The position numbers and the translations under genes are program-made. The notes under the pieces are model-generated. The model did not search any database. It was not told the DNA's origin and saw only the letters and a list, made by a program, of their open reading frames with translations. A stretch of DNA of 63,083 nt from a virus (lineage: Duplodnaviria; Caudoviricetes): the IMG/VR virus record IMGVR_UViG_3300024302_000009, positions 1-63,083 of that record, one strand, 5' to 3'. Shown in pieces: positions 16,896-25,320 of this stretch. Every line of letters begins with the position of its first letter. Position 1 is the stretch's first letter.

Positions 16896-17122
16896 TTAAC
16901 AGACATAGATTTAAGGTGGGGGACAAGGTGAAGCGTAAAAAGCACGATTACCCTGCTGGTTACTACAATGGCACATACACAGTGTGTGAGACATTCGGTT
17001 CACATGGTATCAGGTTAATTAATAATACCAATAAGCGCAAACTATATAACGGATACTACGCATGGGATGTGACACAAGTATTGTCCGCCCGAGAGAAAAT
17101 AGAAAGGATGCTACATGCCTAG
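16892..17122 (+). CDS. KIExML-tail family member 8
   Basis: FKVGDKV start motif, ends SAREKIERMLHA. Confidence 0.85.
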   Translation: MINRHRFKVGDKVKRKKHDYPAGYYNGTYTVCETFGSHGIRLINNTNKRKLYNGYYAWDVTQVLSAREKIERMLHA

Positions 17123-17282
17123 ATGTTGTGATGAGGCCAACAATGAGTTGGTGGAGAAGATTTGTGATGATTTACGTGTGTTATTGTTTGATGAAGAACA
17201 GATTAACACTATTGAGATATGGCATATTCAAAAGAAGTACACCAAGGTAATCTCTGATACAACACCCAAGCGGCCATTCTGA
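17115..17282 (+). CDS. Small hypothetical protein (55 aa)
   Basis: MPRCCDEANNE... starts within the tail of family member 8, at the same position as after members 4-7. Confidence 0.55.
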   Translation: MPRCCDEANNELVEKICDDLRVLLFDEEQINTIEIWHIQKKYTKVISDTTPKRPF

Positions 17283-17356
17283 TGCAAGGTGATGAGGTAT
17301 TCGTCTTGTGTCTCCTAGCCTTCATGCTACTAGTTGTAGTATATGGCATGGGATAG
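17282..17356 (+). CDS. Single-TM micropeptide (24 aa)
   Basis: MQGDEVFVLCLLAFMLLVVVYGMG, TGATG coupling. Confidence 0.45.
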   Translation: MQGDEVFVLCLLAFMLLVVVYGMG

Positions 17357-17410
17357 TGTGACATTCCTGCAACACTTATAAACTATTTTAGGGTGTTTGT
17401 ACGATTTGTC

Positions 17411-17438
17411 TTGACAAAACCCTGAGGGAACCTATAAT
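17411..17438 (+). promoter_or_regulatory. Class II promoter TTGACA-AAACCCTGAGGGAACC-TATAAT
   Basis: Conserved 16-bp spacer, upstream of the helicase/polymerase operon. Confidence 0.85.
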
Positions 17439-17496
17439 AGAACTTGTACCCCATGAGGTTTAACACCCAGTGGATTTCAGATTTAAGGAGGATTAG

Positions 17497-17625
17497 ATGT
17501 TTACACTAGAAGCTAAAGAGATAATACGAGGCATAAGGTGGATATGTTTCACCTTGGCAGGAGCTATCTTCTTATGGGTAACCATAGCGGTAGTAATAAG
17601 CCTGATCAGTAGGATGATAACATGA
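17497..17625 (+). CDS. Single-TM small protein (42 aa)
   Basis: AAGGAGG RBS, hydrophobic C-terminal half. Confidence 0.6.
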   Translation: MFTLEAKEIIRGIRWICFTLAGAIFLWVTIAVVISLISRMIT

Positions 17626-17801
17626 CTGATTACCATATGTGGGAATACTGGAGAGACAAGTATGGGTATGAAGATGCCTTAAAGGATTATTACCCTGATG
17701 ATGTAGCTAACACCAGACAACTAGAGTTTGCTCTTAGCCAACTTAAAATGGCAGAGATAATGATAGACACCATCATGAAAGGGAAAGAAGACTATGGGTG
17801 A
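17622..17801 (+). CDS. Small hypothetical protein (59 aa)
   Basis: MTDYHMWEYW..., ATGA coupling. Confidence 0.55.
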   Translation: MTDYHMWEYWRDKYGYEDALKDYYPDDVANTRQLEFALSQLKMAEIMIDTIMKGKEDYG

Positions 17802-17880
17802 AGCAATATTTATGATAATGATTAGCTTACTTGTAATCGTATTTGCAGGTGCAGCAGTGGTAGGGATGATACCAGCATGA
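17794..17880 (+). CDS. Single-TM micropeptide (28 aa)
   Basis: MGEAIFMIMISLLVIVFAGAAVVGMIPA, coupled on both sides. Confidence 0.5.
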   Translation: MGEAIFMIMISLLVIVFAGAAVVGMIPA

Positions 17881-18233
17881 AACGTAATGTAATAGAGACT
17901 GACCATAACGTATACCTATACTTGAGGAAGGTACTGATCACTGACCTGATTGATGATCTAGTAGAGTTACAGGAGAAGCACGGTGATGATGCCAAGATAA
18001 CAATTGATACACAGCATGATCATAATGGGTATACCTATGATGATGTTCAGGTTACTGTATTCTCATACTCCGGTGAGACAGACAAAGCCTTTGAGAAACG
18101 TAAGGCCAAGGCAGCTACCGCCAAGATCAGAGCTGACACAGCAAGAGAGATTAAACGGCTCAAGAAGATAGAAGAAGACCACAAAGAACTGGCAAGGCTA
18201 CAGGCTTTGTATCCAGAAGGGGCTAAGGTATGA
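17877..18233 (+). CDS. Hypothetical protein
   Basis: 118 aa, coiled-coil-like C-terminus. Confidence 0.7.
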   Translation: MKRNVIETDHNVYLYLRKVLITDLIDDLVELQEKHGDDAKITIDTQHDHNGYTYDDVQVTVFSYSGETDKAFEKRKAKAATAKIRADTAREIKRLKKIEEDHKELARLQALYPEGAKV

Positions 18234-18424
18234 CACTACTAGAGATGCTGCGCAACAATGCAGGTCCGGAGGAGAATATGTCTTGTAGGATTGATCATGC
18301 AGCAGCAGATAAAATAGAAAGCCTAACTAGAACGAACAAAGCACTTAATAAAAAGCTCAAGGCGTATAAAGATTATATTTTATGGTTTTGTTCTCCGGGA
18401 GATGACACAGATGAGGAGTACTAA
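18230..18424 (+). CDS. Hypothetical protein
   Basis: 64 aa, AAADKIE coiled-coil motif. Confidence 0.65.
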   Translation: MTLLEMLRNNAGPEENMSCRIDHAAADKIESLTRTNKALNKKLKAYKDYILWFCSPGDDTDEEY

Positions 18425-19627
18425 ATGGAAAAACAACTACTACTTAAGCTGCTGAACCATGAGTTCTATGAGGATAACAAACACCTTGTAAAGAGAGAAT
18501 ACTTCCCCAAGAACCTGCAACCCTTGTGGAACACGGTACAACAGGCTCAGGAGACGTACACAGAGGACTTAACCCCTTCTGTGGTAAAGAGGCTCCACAA
18601 TGAGTTCAACCCTGCTATGACCACCCGTCAGAGGGATAACATAGCCATTGTACTGGACGACATGGCACACAGTGATGCTGTACCCAATGATATGGCTGTG
18701 GACATCATGAAGCGTGTGCATAGGCGTGAGAGTGCCCGTGCTGTGGCTCAGGAGGCTGTTAAGGTTATCAATGGCTCTGTAGCCACTACAGCTAACCTTA
18801 AGCTCATGCTCGGTGACCTAGACGATGACAAGTTTGATGCAGACACCTTCAAAGAGATTGAGTATGATCTTGATAGTCTGTTGGACTCTGTATCACTGGA
18901 ACACCTGTTCAAGTTCCGCCTCCCTAGTCTGAGGGCACAAGTACCCGGAGCAGGTCGAGGCCACTTTGCGATTATCTTCGCACGTACAGAGATAGGTAAG
19001 AGTACCTTCTCTTGCTCTGAGGCTGCTGGTTTCCTTATGCAAGGGCTTAAGGTTGCTTACTTCATCAACGAGGACCCTGCCAAGGCTATGTATACTCGCC
19101 TTATCTCTAGTTACACAGAGAAGACCATCCTAGAGATGCTGGCAGACAAGACTACGGTCAATGAGAAGTTTGGCCCAGTATCCAAGAACCTGCACATGAT
19201 GGATTGTGTGGGCATGGATATCACAGAGGTGGATATATGGTGCAAGGAGAACCAGCCTGATGTTGTGTTCCTTGATCAGTTGGATAACTTCCAGATAGGA
19301 GGGGCGCACAACAGCGATACGGAGAAATTAGGGTCTATCTACAGGTATACCCGAGAGATTGCCAAGCGGAGGGACTGTCTTATATTTGCAGTCACACAAG
19401 CCTCTGTAGAAGCACAAGGCTTAGCTACCATACAGAAGCACATGATGGAGAACTCCAAGACAGCTAAGCAAGCTACCGCTGACCTTATTATTGGTATTGG
19501 TTACAATGATCAGGTACATCCTAACGAAGAGACACGACAAATCAATGTAGACAAGAATAAGATTAACTCATGGCATGGTCATGTGATCTGCCATATGGAT
19601 AAAGAGAAGGCTTTGTTTAATGACTGA
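18425..19627 (+). CDS. Replicative DNA helicase (DnaB/SF4-like)
   Basis: Walker A ARTEIGKS, Walker B VVFLDQ, and AVTQAS and ADLIIG motifs. Confidence 0.92.
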   Translation: MEKQLLLKLLNHEFYEDNKHLVKREYFPKNLQPLWNTVQQAQETYTEDLTPSVVKRLHNEFNPAMTTRQRDNIAIVLDDMAHSDAVPNDMAVDIMKRVHRRESARAVAQEAVKVINGSVATTANLKLMLGDLDDDKFDADTFKEIEYDLDSLLDSVSLEHLFKFRLPSLRAQVPGAGRGHFAIIFARTEIGKSTFSCSEAAGFLMQGLKVAYFINEDPAKAMYTRLISSYTEKTILEMLADKTTVNEKFGPVSKNLHMMDCVGMDITEVDIWCKENQPDVVFLDQLDNFQIGGAHNSDTEKLGSIYRYTREIAKRRDCLIFAVTQASVEAQGLATIQKHMMENSKTAKQATADLIIGIGYNDQVHPNEETRQINVDKNKINSWHGHVICHMDKEKALFND

Positions 19628-19829
19628 TAAAGAGCAGCCTCTTAATGAGTTTGGTAGGATCAAGAACTGGCGAGGACTTAACTGGCTGGATGACCCTAGA
19701 CCAGTGACTTGGGAAACCTTTGGCCTCAAGCACCATGACAATGAGAAGAAGTTTGGGGGTAAGGATGCTATCTATGTTCTATATGCTGCTGCCTTCCTTG
19801 TTCTAATGTTTATTGGGAGTTCATTGTGA
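19620..19829 (+). CDS. Small membrane protein
   Basis: C-terminal TM helix. Confidence 0.6.
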   Translation: MTDKEQPLNEFGRIKNWRGLNWLDDPRPVTWETFGLKHHDNEKKFGGKDAIYVLYAAAFLVLMFIGSSL

Positions 19830-19999
19830 AAGTATTAATGATTGATCCACCTTCAGGGTGGAAGTATGGGTTCCCTAAACCTGCACCTAAGGTGGGGGAC
19901 CTTAACGACCAGTGGTGGATTGATAATGGCTACCCTGAAGATAAGCTGGATGATATTACACGGTTTAGGTATTTTGAAACGGAGGTTGATGATGAGTGA
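19826..19999 (+). CDS. Small hypothetical protein (57 aa, IDPPSGWKYGFPK motif)
   Basis: Manual translation from a GTG overlapping the upstream stop. Confidence 0.6.
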   Translation: MKVLMIDPPSGWKYGFPKPAPKVGDLNDQWWIDNGYPEDKLDDITRFRYFETEVDDE

Positions 20000-20132
20000 T
20001 ACACAGTATTTTACTATTTTAGGCACTACATGGATGGTAGTAGTACAAGTTACTACGGGCTGGCTACAGCTAGTGACTTTGGTTGCTTGTCTTGGTTGCT
20101 TCGGTATAGCTGCATGGAAACAGAGCAGATGA
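19992..20132 (+). CDS. Small membrane protein (46 aa)
   Basis: MSDTQYFTILG... after GGAGG, hydrophobic. Confidence 0.55.
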   Translation: MSDTQYFTILGTTWMVVVQVTTGWLQLVTLVACLGCFGIAAWKQSR

Positions 20133-20326
20133 TGAATGACGGGTGGTACTGGGTTAAATCCAGTGTGGATGAGGATTACCATTTCATTGTCAGGGTTGAT
20201 GGTGGATGGGTATTCAGGTATGGTGATGCTACATGGTACAAGCAAGAGGACTTTATGTTTGTGAATGAGATACGAGGACATACAGAAATACAAGCTACAC
20301 TTGCAAAGGTAAGGGGTGAGAAATGA
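20129..20326 (+). CDS. Small hypothetical protein
   Basis: MMNDGWYWVK..., coupled to its neighbours. Confidence 0.6.
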   Translation: MMNDGWYWVKSSVDEDYHFIVRVDGGWVFRYGDATWYKQEDFMFVNEIRGHTEIQATLAKVRGEK

Positions 20327-20562
20327 TTGACCAGAAAGCATTGAAAGCTGCTCTTGAGGCATTCATGGGCGTCAGTATCGACAACACTGCACCCACTGAA
20401 CTGTTGAGCTATATGGCTAGAGCCATCACAACCTACGAGGCCGCAAAGCCACAGCTTGACCAAGAGGCGCTGGAGATTGTGCTTGACTACGCTGGTAAGG
20501 GCCACGGCTACACAGTAAAAGAACGTCAAACCGCCATTGCAAAGCTGAGAGGGACTGAATAA
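20323..20562 (+). CDS. Hypothetical protein with internal repeat (IDQKAL/LDQEAL)
   Basis: 79-aa ORF, coupled. Confidence 0.6.
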   Translation: MIDQKALKAALEAFMGVSIDNTAPTELLSYMARAITTYEAAKPQLDQEALEIVLDYAGKGHGYTVKERQTAIAKLRGTE

Positions 20563-20726
20563 TGGATATTGTTGAAGACCTGCGCCTTAACCATGAGTAC
20601 TGCCCAAAAGATGTTATCCTACAGGCCGCTGACGAAATAGAACGACTACGCAAGACGGACAAGATGGCTTGTGAACGTGCAGCCTATTGGGAAGATATGT
20701 ATCGTAAGCTGACAATGGAGAAGTAA
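20562..20726 (+). CDS. Small hypothetical protein (AADEIERLR motif)
   Basis: Manual translation. TAATG coupling at both ends. Confidence 0.55.
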   Translation: MDIVEDLRLNHEYCPKDVILQAADEIERLRKTDKMACERAAYWEDMYRKLTMEK

Positions 20727-22867
20727 TGCGCGTAACAATACTGGACGTTGAAAACTCCGTTACTTATAAAGAATATGAGGGGCGGGACGGCAAGATTAAG
20801 AAGCACACGATTATATCCCCCTATAGTGAGGACAACTATTTAGTATCATTAGGGCTTTATTCATTTGATGACACAGTGTCTGATATTACAGACGAAGATG
20901 TAGAGTATTTCTGTTTCCAACATAACGAGGAACCTGCAACAGAGGGTGGTTACGAGCGTGTCCAAGAGGTACTGGACAACACTGATCTTCTGGTAGCACA
21001 CAACTCCAAGCATGAGATTGCATGGCTTGACGCATGTGGCCTTAAGTACAAGGGCGCTACATGGTGCACTATGATTGCAGAATACATCCTCCTACGCGGA
21101 CAGAGTGCCCCCCTCAAACTTAAAGCCTTGGCAGAGAAGTATCGGCTTCCTCAGAAGAAGACTGATCTTACAGAGGAATATCTAAGCAACAAGGTTGGCT
21201 TTGAAGCTATGCCTTGGGACGATGTGGTAGAGCCATATGGTCGTGGTGATATTGTCACTGGTGGCTTGCTCTATCTGGCACAAGTAAAAGAATACGACAA
21301 AGACACAAACAAGGGACTTCTCCCTACCCTTCGTATGATGAATGAGTTCACCTACGAACTGGCAGAGATGGAGAAGAATGGCTTGCCTGTAGACGTGAAG
21401 GCTCTACAAGAGGTCAAAGCAGCGTATATCTATGAGCATAACCAACTCCGTGTACGTCTAATGGAGATGGCGCAGGATGCTGTAGGAGACACGCCTGTAT
21501 CACTAACTTCCAATGACTTTATGTCCAAGCTTCTATATTCCCGTGAGATCAGGGATAAGGAGGAATGGAAAGATGTATTCAACATCAAGAAGGACGATAA
21601 GAAGCGGGACCTCCCTCGCACACGTATGAACCCCTCTCAGTTTAACAAGGCTGTGAGGTCCATGAGCACTATCTTCCAGAAGACTTCTGCCACACACTGT
21701 AAGCCATGTAAGGGTAAGGGCTGGATACACAAGGTCACGATCAAGGGTGTGCCTTATAAGAAGATGCCCACCTGTAAGGATTGCGGCGGTGTAGGTGTTG
21801 TCTACAAGCCTACAGGGCATGTAGCAGGGTTTATGTTGGTGGCTACCAGCCCTAGAGGTACGTCTGCCAGTGGCTTCTCCTGTGATGCTGACACCCTTGC
21901 CTCGTTAGCTAGTGGTGCCATAGGGGATGCCAGAGAGTTCATGGCTAAGTATGCTAGGTACAATGCTGTGTCCTTCTACCTCTCCACCTTCGTAGAGGGT
22001 ATTGAGCGTAGGCTGGACATTGATGATGTACTACACACCTCTCTGAACCAGTGTGTAGCTGCTACAGGACGTTTATCGTCCAGTGGGCCTAACCTACAGA
22101 ATATGCCACGTGGGAACACCTTCCCTATCCGCAGGGCTATTGTATCTAGGTTCCCCGGTGGTAGTATCATGAAGGCTGACTTTAGCCAGTTGGAGTTCCG
22201 GGTAGCAGGGTATCTATCGAAGTGCCCAGTGGTGCTGTATGATGTTAGCAACGGGGTGGACGTACACTCCTTTACGAGAGACACCATCAATGCGTATGAT
22301 AATGAGCCAGACATCGACAGACAGGACGCCAAACCAGACACCTTTAAACCTCTGTATGGTGGAATGTCTGGTACACCAAGGCAGGTAGCATACTACAAAG
22401 CCTTTATGAAGAAGTATGGGTTTACTGCGTGGCATGACACCTTGCTGGCAACGGCAGTGGAGTACAAGCGTATCACACTACCCTCAGGGCGTCAGTATGA
22501 CTTCCCCGGCGCTGTGAGGACCAAGACAGGCTATGTGAAGTACACTACGCAGATAGTCAACTACCCAGTCCAAGGCTTCGCTACGGGCGACCTAGTGCCT
22601 CTGGCGTGCATAGCTGTGGGGAGATTGATGCGGTTACGGTCGGACCTGAAATCCCTTGTCATCCTCACAGTGCATGATGATATCGAGATTGATGTCTATC
22701 CCGGTGAGGAGGATGAGATTGCCAAGATACTTGAGAAGGGTATGCTAAGTATCCCAGAGATGTGTATGGAGTTCTACGGCTTTGAGCTTGAATACCCATT
22801 GGAGATTGAGATAAGCATAGGAGAGAATTTGATGGAACAAACTGAAATAGGAAAGTTTAGCAGATAA
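20726..22867 (+). CDS. Family A DNA polymerase (3'-5' exonuclease + polymerase) with DnaJ-like Zn-finger insert
   Basis: ExoI LDVE, TGRLSS, DFSQLEFR (motif A), AKPDTFKPLYG (motif B), NYPVQG, VHDDI (motif C). Insert motifs CKPCKGKG and CKDCGGVG. Confidence 0.95.
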   Translation: MRVTILDVENSVTYKEYEGRDGKIKKHTIISPYSEDNYLVSLGLYSFDDTVSDITDEDVEYFCFQHNEEPATEGGYERVQEVLDNTDLLVAHNSKHEIAWLDACGLKYKGATWCTMIAEYILLRGQSAPLKLKALAEKYRLPQKKTDLTEEYLSNKVGFEAMPWDDVVEPYGRGDIVTGGLLYLAQVKEYDKDTNKGLLPTLRMMNEFTYELAEMEKNGLPVDVKALQEVKAAYIYEHNQLRVRLMEMAQDAVGDTPVSLTSNDFMSKLLYSREIRDKEEWKDVFNIKKDDKKRDLPRTRMNPSQFNKAVRSMSTIFQKTSATHCKPCKGKGWIHKVTIKGVPYKKMPTCKDCGGVGVVYKPTGHVAGFMLVATSPRGTSASGFSCDADTLASLASGAIGDAREFMAKYARYNAVSFYLSTFVEGIERRLDIDDVLHTSLNQCVAATGRLSSSGPNLQNMPRGNTFPIRRAIVSRFPGGSIMKADFSQLEFRVAGYLSKCPVVLYDVSNGVDVHSFTRDTINAYDNEPDIDRQDAKPDTFKPLYGGMSGTPRQVAYYKAFMKKYGFTAWHDTLLATAVEYKRITLPSGRQYDFPGAVRTKTGYVKYTTQIVNYPVQGFATGDLVPLACIAVGRLMRLRSDLKSLVILTVHDDIEIDVYPGEEDEIAKILEKGMLSIPEMCMEFYGFELEYPLEIEISIGENLMEQTEIGKFSR

Positions 22868-23250
22868 TGTTTGATAAAATTTATCCAGTACGTACACATA
22901 CTGAGTATGTGCCGTATGACAAAACTGTAAACCACCAATACGCCACTACATCAGAACAGGCTAAGCATCTTGAAGATTTACAGAAGCAAGCGTGGGCTAG
23001 TGTTACAGATGTTATGGTGGAGGATATTGAGGAGAACTTCATCAGTGTGGCTAAGGCTGTAAGAGCTAAAGACTACTCTAGTTGGAAGGATAGAGCCTTC
23101 GCATGTTTTATCCTTAATGGTAAAGAGTTTGAGGTTAGGGTTTCAGTTGAAGACGTAGAAGATGATCCCAATGCAGTTAACAGAGCTATTGCTGAGAAGA
23201 TAGCAGCAGAGATAACTTCACAAATCTTTAAAGAAATGAGGGTAGTATAA
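22867..23250 (+). CDS. Hypothetical protein
   Basis: 127 aa, coupled. Confidence 0.7.
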   Translation: MFDKIYPVRTHTEYVPYDKTVNHQYATTSEQAKHLEDLQKQAWASVTDVMVEDIEENFISVAKAVRAKDYSSWKDRAFACFILNGKEFEVRVSVEDVEDDPNAVNRAIAEKIAAEITSQIFKEMRVV

Positions 23251-23474
23251 TGATATGGTTATTTTTATTCACAGCTATGGTTAGCTCCTCGGCACCAGCT
23301 ATGGTGGTTATACCTATGGGCAATAATCAAAAGTATACTTGTCAGGTTAGGTTAGATAACATCATGGAGCATGAGAAAAAGAAAAAGTATAGGCAGAGGG
23401 TATCCAGAGGTTATTGCATGGATCAGAGTGGAGTGTATTACGAGAGAGTGGAAAAACGGAGGAAGAATAAATGA
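23250..23474 (+). CDS. Small secreted/membrane protein
   Basis: Hydrophobic N-terminus and two Cys residues. Confidence 0.6.
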   Translation: MIWLFLFTAMVSSSAPAMVVIPMGNNQKYTCQVRLDNIMEHEKKKKYRQRVSRGYCMDQSGVYYERVEKRRKNK

Positions 23475-23854
23475 ACATCCTAGTATGCGGAGGCAGAGAC
23501 TACGGCAACAACACAGATGAGATGGAGTTCATCTGGGCAGTGCTGAAATACAAACATGAGGAAAACCCCATCACTCATTTGGTTAATGGCGGGGCTAAGG
23601 GAGCAGATAGCGCAGGTCATGCATGGGCAGCCTTCAATGGTATTGATGTATCTGTGTACGAAGCTAACTGGGCTAGGTATGGCAATGGAGCAGGGATGAT
23701 AAGAAACCTACAGATGTTAACAGAAGAGGCTATTGATTTAGTTATCGCATTTCCGGGAGGCAATGGGACAGCAGACATGGTTCGGAAAGCCATAGTAAAA
23801 GGTGTGCCAGTTTATAAACCAAAGTATGAGGACAAGTACAGGAGTGCTATATGA
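23471..23854 (+). CDS. SLOG-family (DUF2493/YspA-like) protein
   Basis: ILVCGGRDY, GGAKGAD, AGMIRN and IAFPGGNGT motifs. Confidence 0.85.
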   Translation: MNILVCGGRDYGNNTDEMEFIWAVLKYKHEENPITHLVNGGAKGADSAGHAWAAFNGIDVSVYEANWARYGNGAGMIRNLQMLTEEAIDLVIAFPGGNGTADMVRKAIVKGVPVYKPKYEDKYRSAI

Positions 23855-24057
23855 ATATTGACGACGAGATGAAAGTGGCTGAACTAAAGTTATGGGCACT
23901 TATTGAGAAGTATCAGGAAGACAATGAGGGGCAAGGCCCAAATATTATCTACATCAGTGATGACGAAGAACTACAATCATTGATGATGTGGGAGTGCGTT
24001 CAACAGGGATGGGACTATGATCGCACGACTAAACCTACATATGCTGATTACGAGTGA
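23851..24057 (+). CDS. Hypothetical acidic protein
   Basis: 68 aa, AGGAG RBS. Confidence 0.65.
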   Translation: MNIDDEMKVAELKLWALIEKYQEDNEGQGPNIIYISDDEELQSLMMWECVQQGWDYDRTTKPTYADYE

Positions 24058-24161
24058 GTTTTGTATTTGGTATTGCAGTGGTGATAATATTGTTAATGGT
24101 AATTACAGGGTGACAAATATGTCACACTTTTAAATTAATTTCACTTTTATGTCGATTTTAC

Positions 24162-24189
24162 TTGACAAAACCCTGAGAGAACCTATAAT
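24162..24189 (+). promoter_or_regulatory. Class II promoter TTGACA-AAACCCTGAGAGAACC-TATAAT
   Basis: Identical core to the 2980 copy, upstream of the SSB-like gene. Confidence 0.88.
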
Positions 24190-24221
24190 AGTATATGAGG
24201 CTAATGACAAAAGGAGCAAAA

Positions 24222-25154
24222 ATGTCAAAAACAGAAGTAGCGACAATCGAAGGGGTTAACGTACCCGCAACACTATCCGAGCTGTCTTCAGCAGAGCGTG
24301 ATGCTATCATGGAGGCGTCGGGACAAGGCGTTGTATACGGAAGTCTGTTACCCCGCCTGTCTATAAACTACAAAGCGGACTACTTGCCGGATGAGACTGA
24401 CCCCGACACGGTTATCTCTCTACCACGGGGCAAGTACAAGCTCACAGTGGAGAACAGTGAAGGTGAGAAAGTAACGGCGTATGCAAAGAATGTAATCTTC
24501 CAGCCATACATGAAGGTTAATTGCTATGCTGCATACAACAAAGACGAAGAGAAGTATGAGCTTATGTCCACACGTTTCCCTAACTGGAACACTCCGGTTA
24601 TGGATGATCTTGGTAACGAGTTTATTGCCAAGGCGTATGGTCGTGAGGTCAAGAAGGCATACCCTAAGTGGGAGAAGTTCATTAAGTGCTGGAACATTAC
24701 GTATGGCACAGCAACTCTCCCCGATGCGGTAGATATGCATGGTGCTGCTGTAGAAGTTGCAGACGTACCTTGTTCGTGGGTAGCAAAAGGTTCAAGCTTT
24801 ATGCCTTTGGCGGAAGCCATTGATGGTCTTACAGCACAAGGTAAGATGATGCAGCAATACACAATGAAGCTTGGTGCTACTCGCGTGGATGATGGTGGGG
24901 ACCTTGTGTACTTTATCTCCACGATTGATTGGTCTAAGGATAAAGTTGAGTTCGGCCCAGATCAAATGGATTTGTACCGAGACTTCCAAGACACAATCAA
25001 AGAAGAGAATGCGCAAATCCTTAAGAAGTTCAAGGAAGCGCAGAGTAAGCGTAGTAACATTAAGGCTGCCGAAGATTTCTCCGGGTCGGACTTGTCAGAT
25101 GACTTTAACATTACGCCAGATGACTTGCCAGAGGATATGTTAGCGGCAGGATAA
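24222..25154 (+). CDS. Putative single-stranded DNA-binding/annealing protein
   Basis: Start MSKTEV after AAGGAG. LPRLSIN motif, acidic C-terminal tail, located between polymerase and exonuclease. Confidence 0.65.
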   Translation: MSKTEVATIEGVNVPATLSELSSAERDAIMEASGQGVVYGSLLPRLSINYKADYLPDETDPDTVISLPRGKYKLTVENSEGEKVTAYAKNVIFQPYMKVNCYAAYNKDEEKYELMSTRFPNWNTPVMDDLGNEFIAKAYGREVKKAYPKWEKFIKCWNITYGTATLPDAVDMHGAAVEVADVPCSWVAKGSSFMPLAEAIDGLTAQGKMMQQYTMKLGATRVDDGGDLVYFISTIDWSKDKVEFGPDQMDLYRDFQDTIKEENAQILKKFKEAQSKRSNIKAAEDFSGSDLSDDFNITPDDLPEDMLAAG

Positions 25155-25320
25155 GCAGCAGAAGCGAAGAGAAGGGTTGGTGGTCATCCCGGAAAACGAA
25201 AACCACCCCTTACTAGGGAGTAGTACTACCCGATCTAGGGAGATCGAAGTGTGTGAAAGATAGGTCCGAGGGAGCCTTGACTAGTTCAAAATTCCCTCAC
25301 TTATTTAAAGGAGAAAAGTA

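Noticed and set aside
24110-24127. CRP/FNR site
   Set aside because: The half-site spacing is GTGA-N8-TCAC rather than the CRP N6 spacing, and it lacks FNR TTGAT half-sites. Kept only as an unknown operator.
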